From NCBI GenBank assembly GCA_017513085.1, contig JAFWDK010000022.1, positions 32,001-96,000 on the forward strand: a stretch of 64,000 nt of DNA. The letters run 5' to 3'. The notes beneath the pieces are model-generated. The model saw only the letters and a program-made list of their open reading frames with translations, was not told the DNA's origin and made no database searches. The stretch comes from Clostridiales bacterium (lineage in GTDB: Bacteria > Bacillota > Clostridia > Saccharofermentanales > Saccharofermentanaceae). Shown here in pieces: positions 9,894-18,152 of this stretch. The position numbers and the translations under genes are program-made. Each line of letters starts with the position of its first letter. Positions within the stretch are counted from its first letter, which is position 1.

Positions 9894-11264
9894 ATGGATA
9901 TTGCAGTTCTGATCTTAAGTATCGTTGTTTTGGCCATTGTACTGATCATGGCAATTCTTCTTTTGCGAACATACGCAGGAGTACATATTTTGGCCTCCCG
10001 TCAGGGAGAGGATCCGGCGAGATTATCAGATTCCCTTAGTAAAGTGATCGATCAGAGGATTTCTTCGATGGAGGAGACACTGACTCGTGTGGAGAAGGAA
10101 CAGCAGGAAAATACCCGAAAGCATAATGAAGATCTGAGTAATCTGGCATCAGAACTCCAGATGCAGAAACTGGAGAACATGAACAAACAGATCATGGCGG
10201 TCCTTAAACAAGATAAAGAGGGCAACAGGGAAATGCTGGAGGGTAATGGCAAGGTTTTAGGGAGTGGTCTGGAGACACTGAACAAGTCTATGGAGACGCG
10301 TCTTACAGAACTTACGAAGGTACTTTCCGAGGATTTTCTGAAGATGCGTACAGAGAATAATCAGCAGATCGAGAAGATCAGAGAGACTGTTAACGAGAAA
10401 CTGGATAAGACATTGAATGAGCAGTTTGAGAAGAGTTTCAAGGGTGTTCTGAATCAGATGACGGAACTTCAGAAAACCATGGGAGAACTTAAGGGGATCT
10501 CCAGTCAGGTTGGAAGCCTGGAGAAGACACTCAATGGTGTCAAGACAAGAGGCATTCTTGGTGAGGTCCAGCTAAAACAGATCATTGCTGATGTGCTGCC
10601 TCCCCAGCAGTATGATGTCGAGGTGGCGACCAAGCCGGGATCTATGGAACATGTCGAAATTGCTATTAAGATGCCATTACGTAACGGAGAAGGTTTTTCC
10701 TATCTTCCCATTGACTCGAAATGTCATTTGGACAGATATGAAACATTGTTACAGGCTTACGACCTTGGGGATAAAGAGGCAATTTTGCGAGCAAAGAAAG
10801 AGTTTGCAGTAGCCATACGTGAAGATGCCCGATCGATTTCTGAGAAGTATATCAGTGTACCGGATACGACAGCATATGCGATCCTTTTCGTACCGTTTGA
10901 GGGTATGTATTCAGAGATCGTAAACTTAAACCTTCTGGAAGAGCTGAATCAGTTCCGCGTTACAGTAGCAGGTCCGTATACACTCATGGCTATATTAAGC
11001 ACAGTTACGAACTATTTCCAGGCTTTGGCGATTGAGAAGAAGTCTCACGAGATCGAGCGTACTCTTGGTGCTGTAAAGAAGGAGTTCGGAAATTACGAAA
11101 AAGCCTTAGATAAAGTCAAGAAGAGCCTTGATGCGGCGTCGAATAACCTTGAGACGCTTCGGACAACACGCACAAACGCCGTGAATCGGGCACTTAGAAG
11201 CATCACAGAAATGGAGGATGTCCCGGCTCTGACGGATGTGGTTTCTGATATGGACTCGGACTGA
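9894..11264 (+). CDS. rmuC: DNA recombination protein RmuC
   Basis: N-terminal TM, coiled coil, KTRGILGEVQL, PIDSK, KYI..P.TT..AILFVP.EG.Y.E, GP.TL. Confidence 0.9.
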   Translation: MDIAVLILSIVVLAIVLIMAILLLRTYAGVHILASRQGEDPARLSDSLSKVIDQRISSMEETLTRVEKEQQENTRKHNEDLSNLASELQMQKLENMNKQIMAVLKQDKEGNREMLEGNGKVLGSGLETLNKSMETRLTELTKVLSEDFLKMRTENNQQIEKIRETVNEKLDKTLNEQFEKSFKGVLNQMTELQKTMGELKGISSQVGSLEKTLNGVKTRGILGEVQLKQIIADVLPPQQYDVEVATKPGSMEHVEIAIKMPLRNGEGFSYLPIDSKCHLDRYETLLQAYDLGDKEAILRAKKEFAVAIREDARSISEKYISVPDTTAYAILFVPFEGMYSEIVNLNLLEELNQFRVTVAGPYTLMAILSTVTNYFQALAIEKKSHEIERTLGAVKKEFGNYEKALDKVKKSLDAASNNLETLRTTRTNAVNRALRSITEMEDVPALTDVVSDMDSD

Positions 11265-11265
11265 A

Positions 11266-11745
11266 TCAATCCATTCCAAGCAGGTCGAAATCATCCTTCA
11301 TGACGGCGATGATCACAGGTGCACCAGGTGCTCTTTCTGCATCAGAATCGGTTTTATCAATGAAAGAGAGATCAGAAACTGCAATTCCGCTGACCATATA
11401 ACCTTTTTCATTCTTTCCAAGGATTTTGCCGGTATAGAAGGAATAATTCTTTTTGCCAATATTCTTTAAGGTAGAAAAGATATTAAAAACCGCATAAAGA
11501 GGCAGACACAATACGAGTAAAAGAAAGATAATGATCTTGACACTATATACAATGATGTGGAAAACGTGAATAAAGAGGAGGATCAGCGCAATCACAGCGA
11601 CCAGTAAGATGAGCGATCCGAAAAGAAAGGTACAAGCAGATTTGATTTTGCAAGAGGTATACTTTTTGATCTGCGCTTCGGTTGGCGTATATGGTTGTAC
11701 GATAGAAAGATCGATCTTAGATGGATTGGATTGTGCTTCAGACAT
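11266..11745 (-). CDS. hypothetical membrane protein (2 TM)
   Basis: 159-aa ORF with GGAGGA RBS and two hydrophobic segments. Confidence 0.7.
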   Translation of the reverse strand: MSEAQSNPSKIDLSIVQPYTPTEAQIKKYTSCKIKSACTFLFGSLILLVAVIALILLFIHVFHIIVYSVKIIIFLLLVLCLPLYAVFNIFSTLKNIGKKNYSFYTGKILGKNEKGYMVSGIAVSDLSFIDKTDSDAERAPGAPVIIAVMKDDFDLLGMD

Positions 11746-11966
11746 AGTTTGTTCCTCCGATGTAATAACGTATTAATGTAGCACCTAAATATCTGTGTAC
11801 TGAAATTTCAAAGGATATTATACCATTTTTGCGAGATCAAGGAGACGACTGCAAATACCTGTTGGTGAGGAAGAGTTTTTGAAAAATTGAATTAATAGTG
11901 GAAATGTTTTGGTTTCTATGTTAGAATATCACATGTCGCTTCGATAGAAGCATACGACTTCGGCAT

Positions 11967-12059
11967 GGAGAAGTACCCAAGAGGCCGAAGGGGAGGCTTT
12001 GCTAAAGCTTTAGGTGGTGTAACAGCCGCGCGAGGGTTCGACTCCCTCCTTCTCCGCCA
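11967..12059 (+). tRNA. tRNA-Ser (anticodon GCT)
   Basis: GGAGAAG acceptor pairs with CTTCTCC-G-CCA; anticodon arm AGGCT-TTGCTAA-AGCTT; long variable arm; T-arm GAGGG-TTCGACT-CCCTC. Confidence 0.96.
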
Positions 12060-12068
12060 AACATGACG

Positions 12069-12107
12069 AATCCCGAAAGTCCGAAATATAAGGCTTTCGG
12101 GATTTTT
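12069..12107 (+). terminator. hairpin after tRNA-Ser (terminator and/or att-associated palindrome)
   Basis: AATCCCGAAAGTC...GGCTTTCGGGATT followed by a T-run. Confidence 0.75.
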
Positions 12108-12126
12108 GTTTTCCTGGAATACTGAT

Positions 12127-12151
12127 TTGACGACAGTTTTTGACCACAGTT
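12127..12151 (+). repeat. tandem 12-bp direct repeat TTGAC(G/C)ACAGTT
   Basis: Copies at 12127-12138 and 12140-12151, one mismatch. Confidence 0.7.
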
Positions 12152-12483
12152 TATTCTAAATCGTCGGTTTGAGTTTTGATGCCAAACAAAATGTTCAGGA
12201 AATCGCGCCTTGCATCAAGGACTCGGATGATCTTAATCTGGTCATCCTCTATACGATAAAAAACATAGTTTTTGTTGGCATAGATGTAGCGATAGTCGGA
12301 CTCGATCCCATACCTTTCCCATATACCTGATCCAGACATTGGAAACTGTTCTAGTAATTTGATGTCATGAATAATCAGAGCGATATTCTTAGTAGCCGCT
12401 TTTTCGCCGAACTGGCTCTGTATGTAATCTTTTATCTCTTCTACATCGATGAGCGCTTGTGGAGAAAAAACTATGTGTTTCAT
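12151..12483 (-). CDS. type II toxin, RelE/ParE family
   Basis: IVFSPQALIDVEEIKDYI...LEQFP.SG...NYVFYRI...IIRVLDARRD; 4-nt overlap with the antitoxin stop. Confidence 0.9.
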   Translation of the reverse strand: MKHIVFSPQALIDVEEIKDYIQSQFGEKAATKNIALIIHDIKLLEQFPMSGSGIWERYGIESDYRYIYANKNYVFYRIEDDQIKIIRVLDARRDFLNILFGIKTQTDDLE

Positions 12484-12722
12484 AAGCCAAGCCTTTTCTC
12501 AACATCTTCAAGAGAGATCCAGCCATCTTTAGCGGAAGCCTCACCCTTTCCCAGTTCCCAGATAAGAGCTTTCATGGCATTTAGTTCGTCAAGTTCCTTC
12601 ATGTTTACAATAGCATAGTCACCCCTACCGTTTTTTGTAAGATAAACCGGAGAACCATAGGACACCTCATCCAAAACACTTTTATAGTTTCTCAAATCAG
12701 ATACGGGTCTAATATTTGGCAT
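12480..12722 (-). CDS. type II antitoxin, Phd/YefM family
   Basis: MPNIRPVSDLRN...PVYLTKNGRG; start moved to ATG 12722, behind a GGAGG RBS. Confidence 0.9.
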   Translation of the reverse strand: MPNIRPVSDLRNYKSVLDEVSYGSPVYLTKNGRGDYAIVNMKELDELNAMKALIWELGKGEASAKDGWISLEDVEKRLGL

Positions 12723-12734
12723 GTGATAACCTCC

Positions 12735-12791
12735 ATAATAATGTGCATAATTCACATCATTATTATACATAAAATATACAGCAAAATCAAA
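12735..12791 (-). promoter_or_regulatory. TA promoter with palindromic operator
   Basis: Minus-strand TTGATT-17-TATAAT; palindrome ATAATAATGTG-N7-CACATCATTAT at 12735-12763. Confidence 0.7.
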
Positions 12792-12882
12792 TCGAGCTTT
12801 CAGAACAAAAGGAGTTTGAAATTCCAAAATGGAATCTCAAGATAATGGCCCGTAAACATATCGTTTACAGGCCACGGTCACG

Positions 12883-14178
12883 TTATTCTATTCTCATCTT
12901 TTCGATATTATCAATAATGCATCTCGTCATTTTCTTGTTTGTTTCATAGAGTTCTTTGTATCGATCTTTGTCAGCGAAGTAAGCAGTAGAGATAAACTGA
13001 TTTGCAAGGATGATATATGGCACCGCCAGTTTTTCCTCTTCGGTTAGCCTTACGACGGAATCGTATCCTGCGAGCATCTCTTTCATAACGCTTAACCATT
13101 TCATGAACTTGTCGCTGTTTCCGTCCTCGAAAGTCTCGGAAAGTATGGCTGTTGTTGCATAACATGGATCGAAGATCCTGACGTTCCTCTCGCTCAATTC
13201 GAAGTCGATGAATCCCCATTTATCATCAGCTACGATGATGTTGCTCGGATTCGGATCTCTGTGGATCACCTGTCTCGGAAGTGACTTGTAGAGCTCCTCA
13301 AATTCAGAAAGAAACTTCTTTGTGAAGTCATCGTCTAACCCTAGTTCCGATGAAACCTTTGGCAATGCCCATGACTTGACCGCATCGTAAGTATCAACTT
13401 CGTCTGTTGCCGTATCTACCGTAGAGAGTGCTTTATCGAGCCAACCGATGATCTCACCAGTATACCTTGCCTTTTTCTCATAATCATCCAGATACAGCTT
13501 GCCTGCCATTACTCTTTCTCCGTCGATCTTCCGGCTGAGGGTAAAGTAGAGTTCGCCTTCCTGTACGTATTCTCTTCCATCCTTAGTCGGAATGATCGTC
13601 GGTGCGGATAATCCGACGTTGTTAAGCGCTCCGGCTATCTCGATCGCTTTCTTCGTATTGCCAAGATTTGCAGTGTACTTGATCACATATTCATCACCGA
13701 CAAACTTGGATGTATCGCTTATTTCTCCAGTCTCGGGAAATACGATATCAGAGACTTTCTGATCCTGAAGGTCCCAGTTAGAGAGAACTTCCGTGATCAA
13801 CTTATGATTTATCATAATGTGTTCCTCCTGTAAGATATTGATCTTGTAAGGCTTTTTGGCCTTGAACTTACGAAGGTACTCTGACGGTGTATAGCCGGTC
13901 TCCCGAACGAAGGATCTGTAGAAACCCGAATACGTGTCAAACCCGTACTCGAATGCAACGTCACCTTTCCTGCGTCCAGTTCCGATCTCGTATATCGCAT
14001 TAAGAAGCTTTCTTCTCAGGATATACTGCATTACAGGAAAACCTACGGCATCCTGAAATATTCTGTAGAAATGGAACAGTGAATAACCCGCTTCCTGAGA
14101 GAGCATCTCTGCGTTAATCTCGTCCTTAAGATTCGCTTCGATCTTATCCAATGTTTTCTGGATACAGTCCTTATACAC
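12883..14178 (-). CDS. AraC-family HTH fused to APH/choline-kinase-like phosphotransferase
   Basis: AGYSLFHFYRIF...YILRRKL...VAFEYGFDTYSGFYRSF..ETGYTPSEY; kinase motifs IHRDPNPSNI and FIDFE. GTG start 14178 behind a GGAGGT RBS. Confidence 0.88.
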   Translation of the reverse strand: MYKDCIQKTLDKIEANLKDEINAEMLSQEAGYSLFHFYRIFQDAVGFPVMQYILRRKLLNAIYEIGTGRRKGDVAFEYGFDTYSGFYRSFVRETGYTPSEYLRKFKAKKPYKINILQEEHIMINHKLITEVLSNWDLQDQKVSDIVFPETGEISDTSKFVGDEYVIKYTANLGNTKKAIEIAGALNNVGLSAPTIIPTKDGREYVQEGELYFTLSRKIDGERVMAGKLYLDDYEKKARYTGEIIGWLDKALSTVDTATDEVDTYDAVKSWALPKVSSELGLDDDFTKKFLSEFEELYKSLPRQVIHRDPNPSNIIVADDKWGFIDFELSERNVRIFDPCYATTAILSETFEDGNSDKFMKWLSVMKEMLAGYDSVVRLTEEEKLAVPYIILANQFISTAYFADKDRYKELYETNKKMTRCIIDNIEKMRIE

Positions 14179-14282
14179 TTTGGTACCTCCTTTCTCAATT
14201 TCTTGCAGCTGCAACAAGTTTATGATAGCGCATATGTTGCTCGAAAACATTTCCTGTTTTGCTGTATTGGCGAAGTGGTGGA

Positions 14283-14313
14283 GTCTTGAGGTCAAAAATC
14301 TTGACCTCAAGAC
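14283..14313. repeat. perfect 13-bp inverted repeat (REP-like hairpin)
   Basis: GTCTTGAGGTCAA-AAATC-TTGACCTCAAGAC. Confidence 0.8.
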
Positions 14314-14578
14314 AGCGCGAGATCGTTCGACTGTCTTCTCAAAGATCGGTATCTTTTGTGGATAGACGAGACAAATCCTGAATGTCTCCCAGTGGATGTT
14401 CAGGATTTTTCTATTAGTGGAAAAATGTAAAGCCGGTGCGACATGATTTTCTTGAATTGCACGTTCTGATTGGTGTACTTGTAAATCTCCGTATGACATA
14501 ATGACATTACGGATCGGGAAGATCCGGATACACTGTTTCGGCCGACAGGAGAATCTATAAAGCTGAGGAGATTACACC

Positions 14579-15283
14579 ATGAGTTTAGGTAAGAATATTC
14601 AATATCTGCGTAAGATCAATAAGCTGAAACAGGACCAGTTTGCAGAGAAGATGGGTGTCAGCAGACAGACCATTTCCCGGTGGGAGTCGGACGAAGTGAC
14701 TCCGGAACTTTCCAAGCTGGTGGAGATGTGTTCCCTGTTTTCCTGTAGTATGGATGAACTGGTCAGAGGCGATCTGACTTCTAAAGGGGAGATCTACTCT
14801 GATGTCACGATCCGAAAAGTGCCTGCTTTCCGGATGGCGAAATATGCCATTATCTCCCAGGAGCCGGAAGATGACGTGCTGACTCATATGAAAAACTGGG
14901 CGGAGAAGAGCGGCCTTATTGCCGCGGATCCGAAGGCGAAGCGGATCGGATGGGATTTCCCGTTTGTGTCCCAGGAACAGAGCATGCGTTTCGGCATGCA
15001 CGGATATGCGGCTGCATATGTTCTTCCTGATGGTTTCCGGACAAATTGCGAAGGCGTGGAATATTGCGATAACAAGGAAGCCAGCTATGCGGTGATCACG
15101 GTAAAAGATCCGATGGTACAGCCGTTCGAGCGTATCCCGGTCGGGTATAAGCACATCATGGAATACCTGGAAGCAAATAGCATCAAGGGCAGACAGGACG
15201 ATAACGTTCTTGGCTGTTTCGAGTACGAATATGAGAAAGACGGTACAGAGTACATGGATATTTATATCTGTGTAGACATATAA
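14579..15283 (+). CDS. XRE-family HTH regulator with GyrI-like effector-binding domain
   Basis: LGKNIQYLRK...QDQFAEKMGVSRQTISRWES; C-terminal GWDF...HGY...CFEYEY...DIYI. Confidence 0.85.
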   Translation: MSLGKNIQYLRKINKLKQDQFAEKMGVSRQTISRWESDEVTPELSKLVEMCSLFSCSMDELVRGDLTSKGEIYSDVTIRKVPAFRMAKYAIISQEPEDDVLTHMKNWAEKSGLIAADPKAKRIGWDFPFVSQEQSMRFGMHGYAAAYVLPDGFRTNCEGVEYCDNKEASYAVITVKDPMVQPFERIPVGYKHIMEYLEANSIKGRQDDNVLGCFEYEYEKDGTEYMDIYICVDI

Positions 15284-15346
15284 ACTGAATGCTTGTGAGT
15301 TCATCAGTCTTTTTAAGTCTGGTATTTTGTGGATCGTGGATACATG

Positions 15347-15378
15347 ACCCGTGATGGTTATCTCATCGCGGGTTTTTT
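15347..15378 (+). terminator. intrinsic terminator
   Basis: ACCCGTGATG-loop-CATCGCGGGT then a T-run. Confidence 0.7.
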
Positions 15379-15483
15379 GTTGAAGTTTTCTTTTCCCTGA
15401 GCGGAGGCATCTACGTGGCAAAGATGTACGAATCGTGGTTGTGTGATACAATCGAAGTATTATAGGCGTTGGGGGATAGTTTC

Positions 15484-17466
15484 ATGGAAAAGCCATTCAA
15501 ACCATATATACCTGCTGATAAAGTCACGACGGAGATGACACCGGCCTCGATCATTCTGGGCATCGTGCTTGCTGTCGTATTCGGTGCGGCAAATGCTTAT
15601 CTTGGACTGAAAGTCGGACTGACTGTTTCGGCTTCGATTCCGGCGGCCGTCATCTCGATGACGATCATAAGGATCATCATGCGTAAAGATTCCATCCTGG
15701 AGAGTAATATGGTCCAGACCATCGGTTCTGCCGGTGAGTCACTGGCGGCGGGTGCGATCTTCACGATGCCTGCACTGTTTATCTGGGCGAAGGAAGGTGT
15801 GATGGACAAACCTTCGCTGATCTCGATCACGATCATTGCTCTGGTGGGCGGACTTCTGGGTGTGTTTTTCATGGTACCTCTCCGCAGTGCCCTGATCGTA
15901 AAAGAACACGGTGTGCTGCCGTATCCGGAAGGCACTGCCTGTGCAGAAGTACTGCTTGCCGGTGAGGAAGGCGGATCTTCTGCTAAGTCTGTTTTTATAG
16001 GTATGGCACTTGGTGCTGTCGTCAAGTTTTTTGCTGACGGACTTTGTGCGGTGAAGTCGGTGGTCACATTTAAGATCTCCGCGTTGAAGACGGAATTCTC
16101 TTCGGAAATCTATCCTGCGCTGATCTCGGTCGGATATATTTGCGGACCGAAGATCTCAGCGTACATGTTTGCAGGCGGTCTTCTGGGCTGGTTCGTTCTG
16201 ATCCCGGCGATCGTGAATTTCGGCACGGATATAGTTATGTATCCGGCGAGCGTTTCCGTTGCGGAACTTTACGCGGAGGGCGGTGCGTCCGCCATCTGGG
16301 CGAGCTATATCAAATATATCGGTGCCGGTGCAGTTGCGGCGGCTGGTATTATCAGTCTGATCAAGACATTCCCGACGATCGTGAAGGCGTTCAAGGGCTC
16401 CATGCAGGGTCTCTCGAAAAAAGCAAAGGGCAAGGGTGCTTTGGATCGTACGAGTCAGGATCTGGACATGCGGTTCGTGCTCCTGTCGATTGCCGTTTTG
16501 ATCATTCTGATCTGGGTACTCCCGTCGATTCCGGTTACGATTTTCGGCGCACTTCTGGTCGTGTTCTTCGGATTCTTCTTCAGTGCAGTCAGCTCGAGAA
16601 TGGTTGGCCTTGTAGGAAGTTCAAACAATCCGGTTTCCGGTATGACGATCGCGACTGTACTGATTGCGACTTTCTGTCTGAAACTCACCGGCGATGTCGG
16701 TGTGCATGGTATGCACGGTGCCATCGCAATCGGTTCGATCATCTGTATTGCGGCATGTATGGCCGGTGATACTTCGCAAGACCTGAAGACAGGTTATATT
16801 CTGGGTGCAACTCCGAAGAAACAGCAGATCGGTGAGATCATGGGTACGATCGCCGCGGCGTTGGCCATCGGCGGTGTTATGATCCTTCTGGATTCTGCAT
16901 TCAGTTTCGGAACGGATAAGCTTGCAGCGCCGCAGGCCACGATGATGAAGATGATCATCGAGGGTGTCATGGATGGAAATCTTCCATGGGCATTGATCTT
17001 TATCGGTGTCTTTATCGCTATTGTCATCGAGTTCCTCGGTGTTTCAGCGCTGCCGGTTGCAATCGGCCTTTATCTCCCGCTGGAGCTGTCTGCTCCGATC
17101 ATGTTCGGTGGTCTTATTAAGTGGATCGTGGATAAGAGAAATGGTAAGCAGAAGGATGAGTCTGGTAAAGGAATTCTCTTCTGTTCCGGCTTGATTGCCG
17201 GCGAAGGTATATTGGGCGTGCTTCTTGCAATCCTGACGGTTACGAATGTGGCCGGGAAGATCGATATCAGTTCACATATACCTTCCGGAAATGTTACATC
17301 GCTGATCGTGTTGATCGGTATCGGTGTGCTGGTACTTCTCATGGCAGGGAAGAAGCCGGTGAAAGCTGTAGTTAAGGAAGGTGCGGATGCGCAGACTGTA
17401 AAGGATGCTTCTGCTGATGCAGCAAAGGATGAACCCAAAGCGGCATCGAAAGAGACTAAGAAGTAA
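15484..17466 (+). CDS. oligopeptide transporter, OPT family
   Basis: AANAYLGLKVGLTVSASIPAAVI, ESNMVQT, PYPEG, SNNPVSGM, QDLKTG, APQA; many TM helices. Confidence 0.93.
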   Translation: MEKPFKPYIPADKVTTEMTPASIILGIVLAVVFGAANAYLGLKVGLTVSASIPAAVISMTIIRIIMRKDSILESNMVQTIGSAGESLAAGAIFTMPALFIWAKEGVMDKPSLISITIIALVGGLLGVFFMVPLRSALIVKEHGVLPYPEGTACAEVLLAGEEGGSSAKSVFIGMALGAVVKFFADGLCAVKSVVTFKISALKTEFSSEIYPALISVGYICGPKISAYMFAGGLLGWFVLIPAIVNFGTDIVMYPASVSVAELYAEGGASAIWASYIKYIGAGAVAAAGIISLIKTFPTIVKAFKGSMQGLSKKAKGKGALDRTSQDLDMRFVLLSIAVLIILIWVLPSIPVTIFGALLVVFFGFFFSAVSSRMVGLVGSSNNPVSGMTIATVLIATFCLKLTGDVGVHGMHGAIAIGSIICIAACMAGDTSQDLKTGYILGATPKKQQIGEIMGTIAAALAIGGVMILLDSAFSFGTDKLAAPQATMMKMIIEGVMDGNLPWALIFIGVFIAIVIEFLGVSALPVAIGLYLPLELSAPIMFGGLIKWIVDKRNGKQKDESGKGILFCSGLIAGEGILGVLLAILTVTNVAGKIDISSHIPSGNVTSLIVLIGIGVLVLLMAGKKPVKAVVKEGADAQTVKDASADAAKDEPKAASKETKK

Positions 17467-17486
17467 GATGTAGAGGTAGGTGCTAC

Positions 17487-17825
17487 ATGCCGAAGAAAGA
17501 GAATTTCCTGGATCGTGTTTACGAGAAAATGCCCGGCGTTGCTTTTTCCACATCGGAAGAAGGCGAAGTAACGGTGGATATGGAGAATAAAGGCTTTACG
17601 AACAGGATCGCGCAGCGGTTCTTCAAGCAGCCTTCTGTGTCGCACATCAAGCTCGAGGGCATGGGGAGTTTCATTTTCTTATCCATCGACGGCAAAAGCA
17701 CTGTCTACGATATCGGACAGCTTGTTTCGGGAAAGTTCGGTGACGAAGCGGAGCCGCTTTATGAGAGGTTGTGTGTGTATGTGCGGCAACTCGAAGAAGT
17801 CGGATTTGTGAGGATCGTAGAATGA
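17487..17825 (+). CDS. PqqD-family (RiPP recognition element-like) protein
   Basis: IKLEGMGSFIFLSIDGKSTVYDIGQLVSGKFG...YERL..YVRQLEEVGFV, a winged-helix PqqD pattern; RBS GAGGT/AGGTG. Confidence 0.8.
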   Translation: MPKKENFLDRVYEKMPGVAFSTSEEGEVTVDMENKGFTNRIAQRFFKQPSVSHIKLEGMGSFIFLSIDGKSTVYDIGQLVSGKFGDEAEPLYERLCVYVRQLEEVGFVRIVE

Positions 17826-18152
17826 AGTACGGAGAATCCACATTCGATGCGCCGGTGCTACCGATCCTTGGTATGCTGATGCTTCCGAAAACGATCTGAT
17901 ATATCCTGATTTTGATTTCGTTTTTCCGGAAAAACTGTGATAACAGTCGGGTTTAAGCACATACAATCTGGGGGTGCGATGCTACTGATCTTGATGGGAT
18001 CGCATTACAGATGTGCGTGGATGAGAGCAAAAAAATCCATCAAATTGACAAAACATGTGTGAAAAAATAGCAAAAAATGAGTAGATTCCAATTCTCTCGT
18101 ATATTAATATTGCGATTCGGAAATGACGATTTTGAATGATAAAGGCTGGCAA

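Noticed and set aside
14179-14499. 107-aa N-terminal extension of the AraC-kinase given by the ORF track
   Set aside because: A strong RBS precedes GTG 14178, and the extension crosses hairpins and the divergent promoter region.
14780-14810. Internal SD-like AAAGGGGAG at the XRE/GyrI junction
   Set aside because: The nearby ATG is out of frame, and no in-frame start lies at suitable spacing.
17826-18152. Possible RiPP precursor or riboswitch downstream of the PqqD gene
   Set aside because: No small ORF with a convincing RBS and no recognisable aptamer; only a weak TGCTAC(C/T)GATC repeat.
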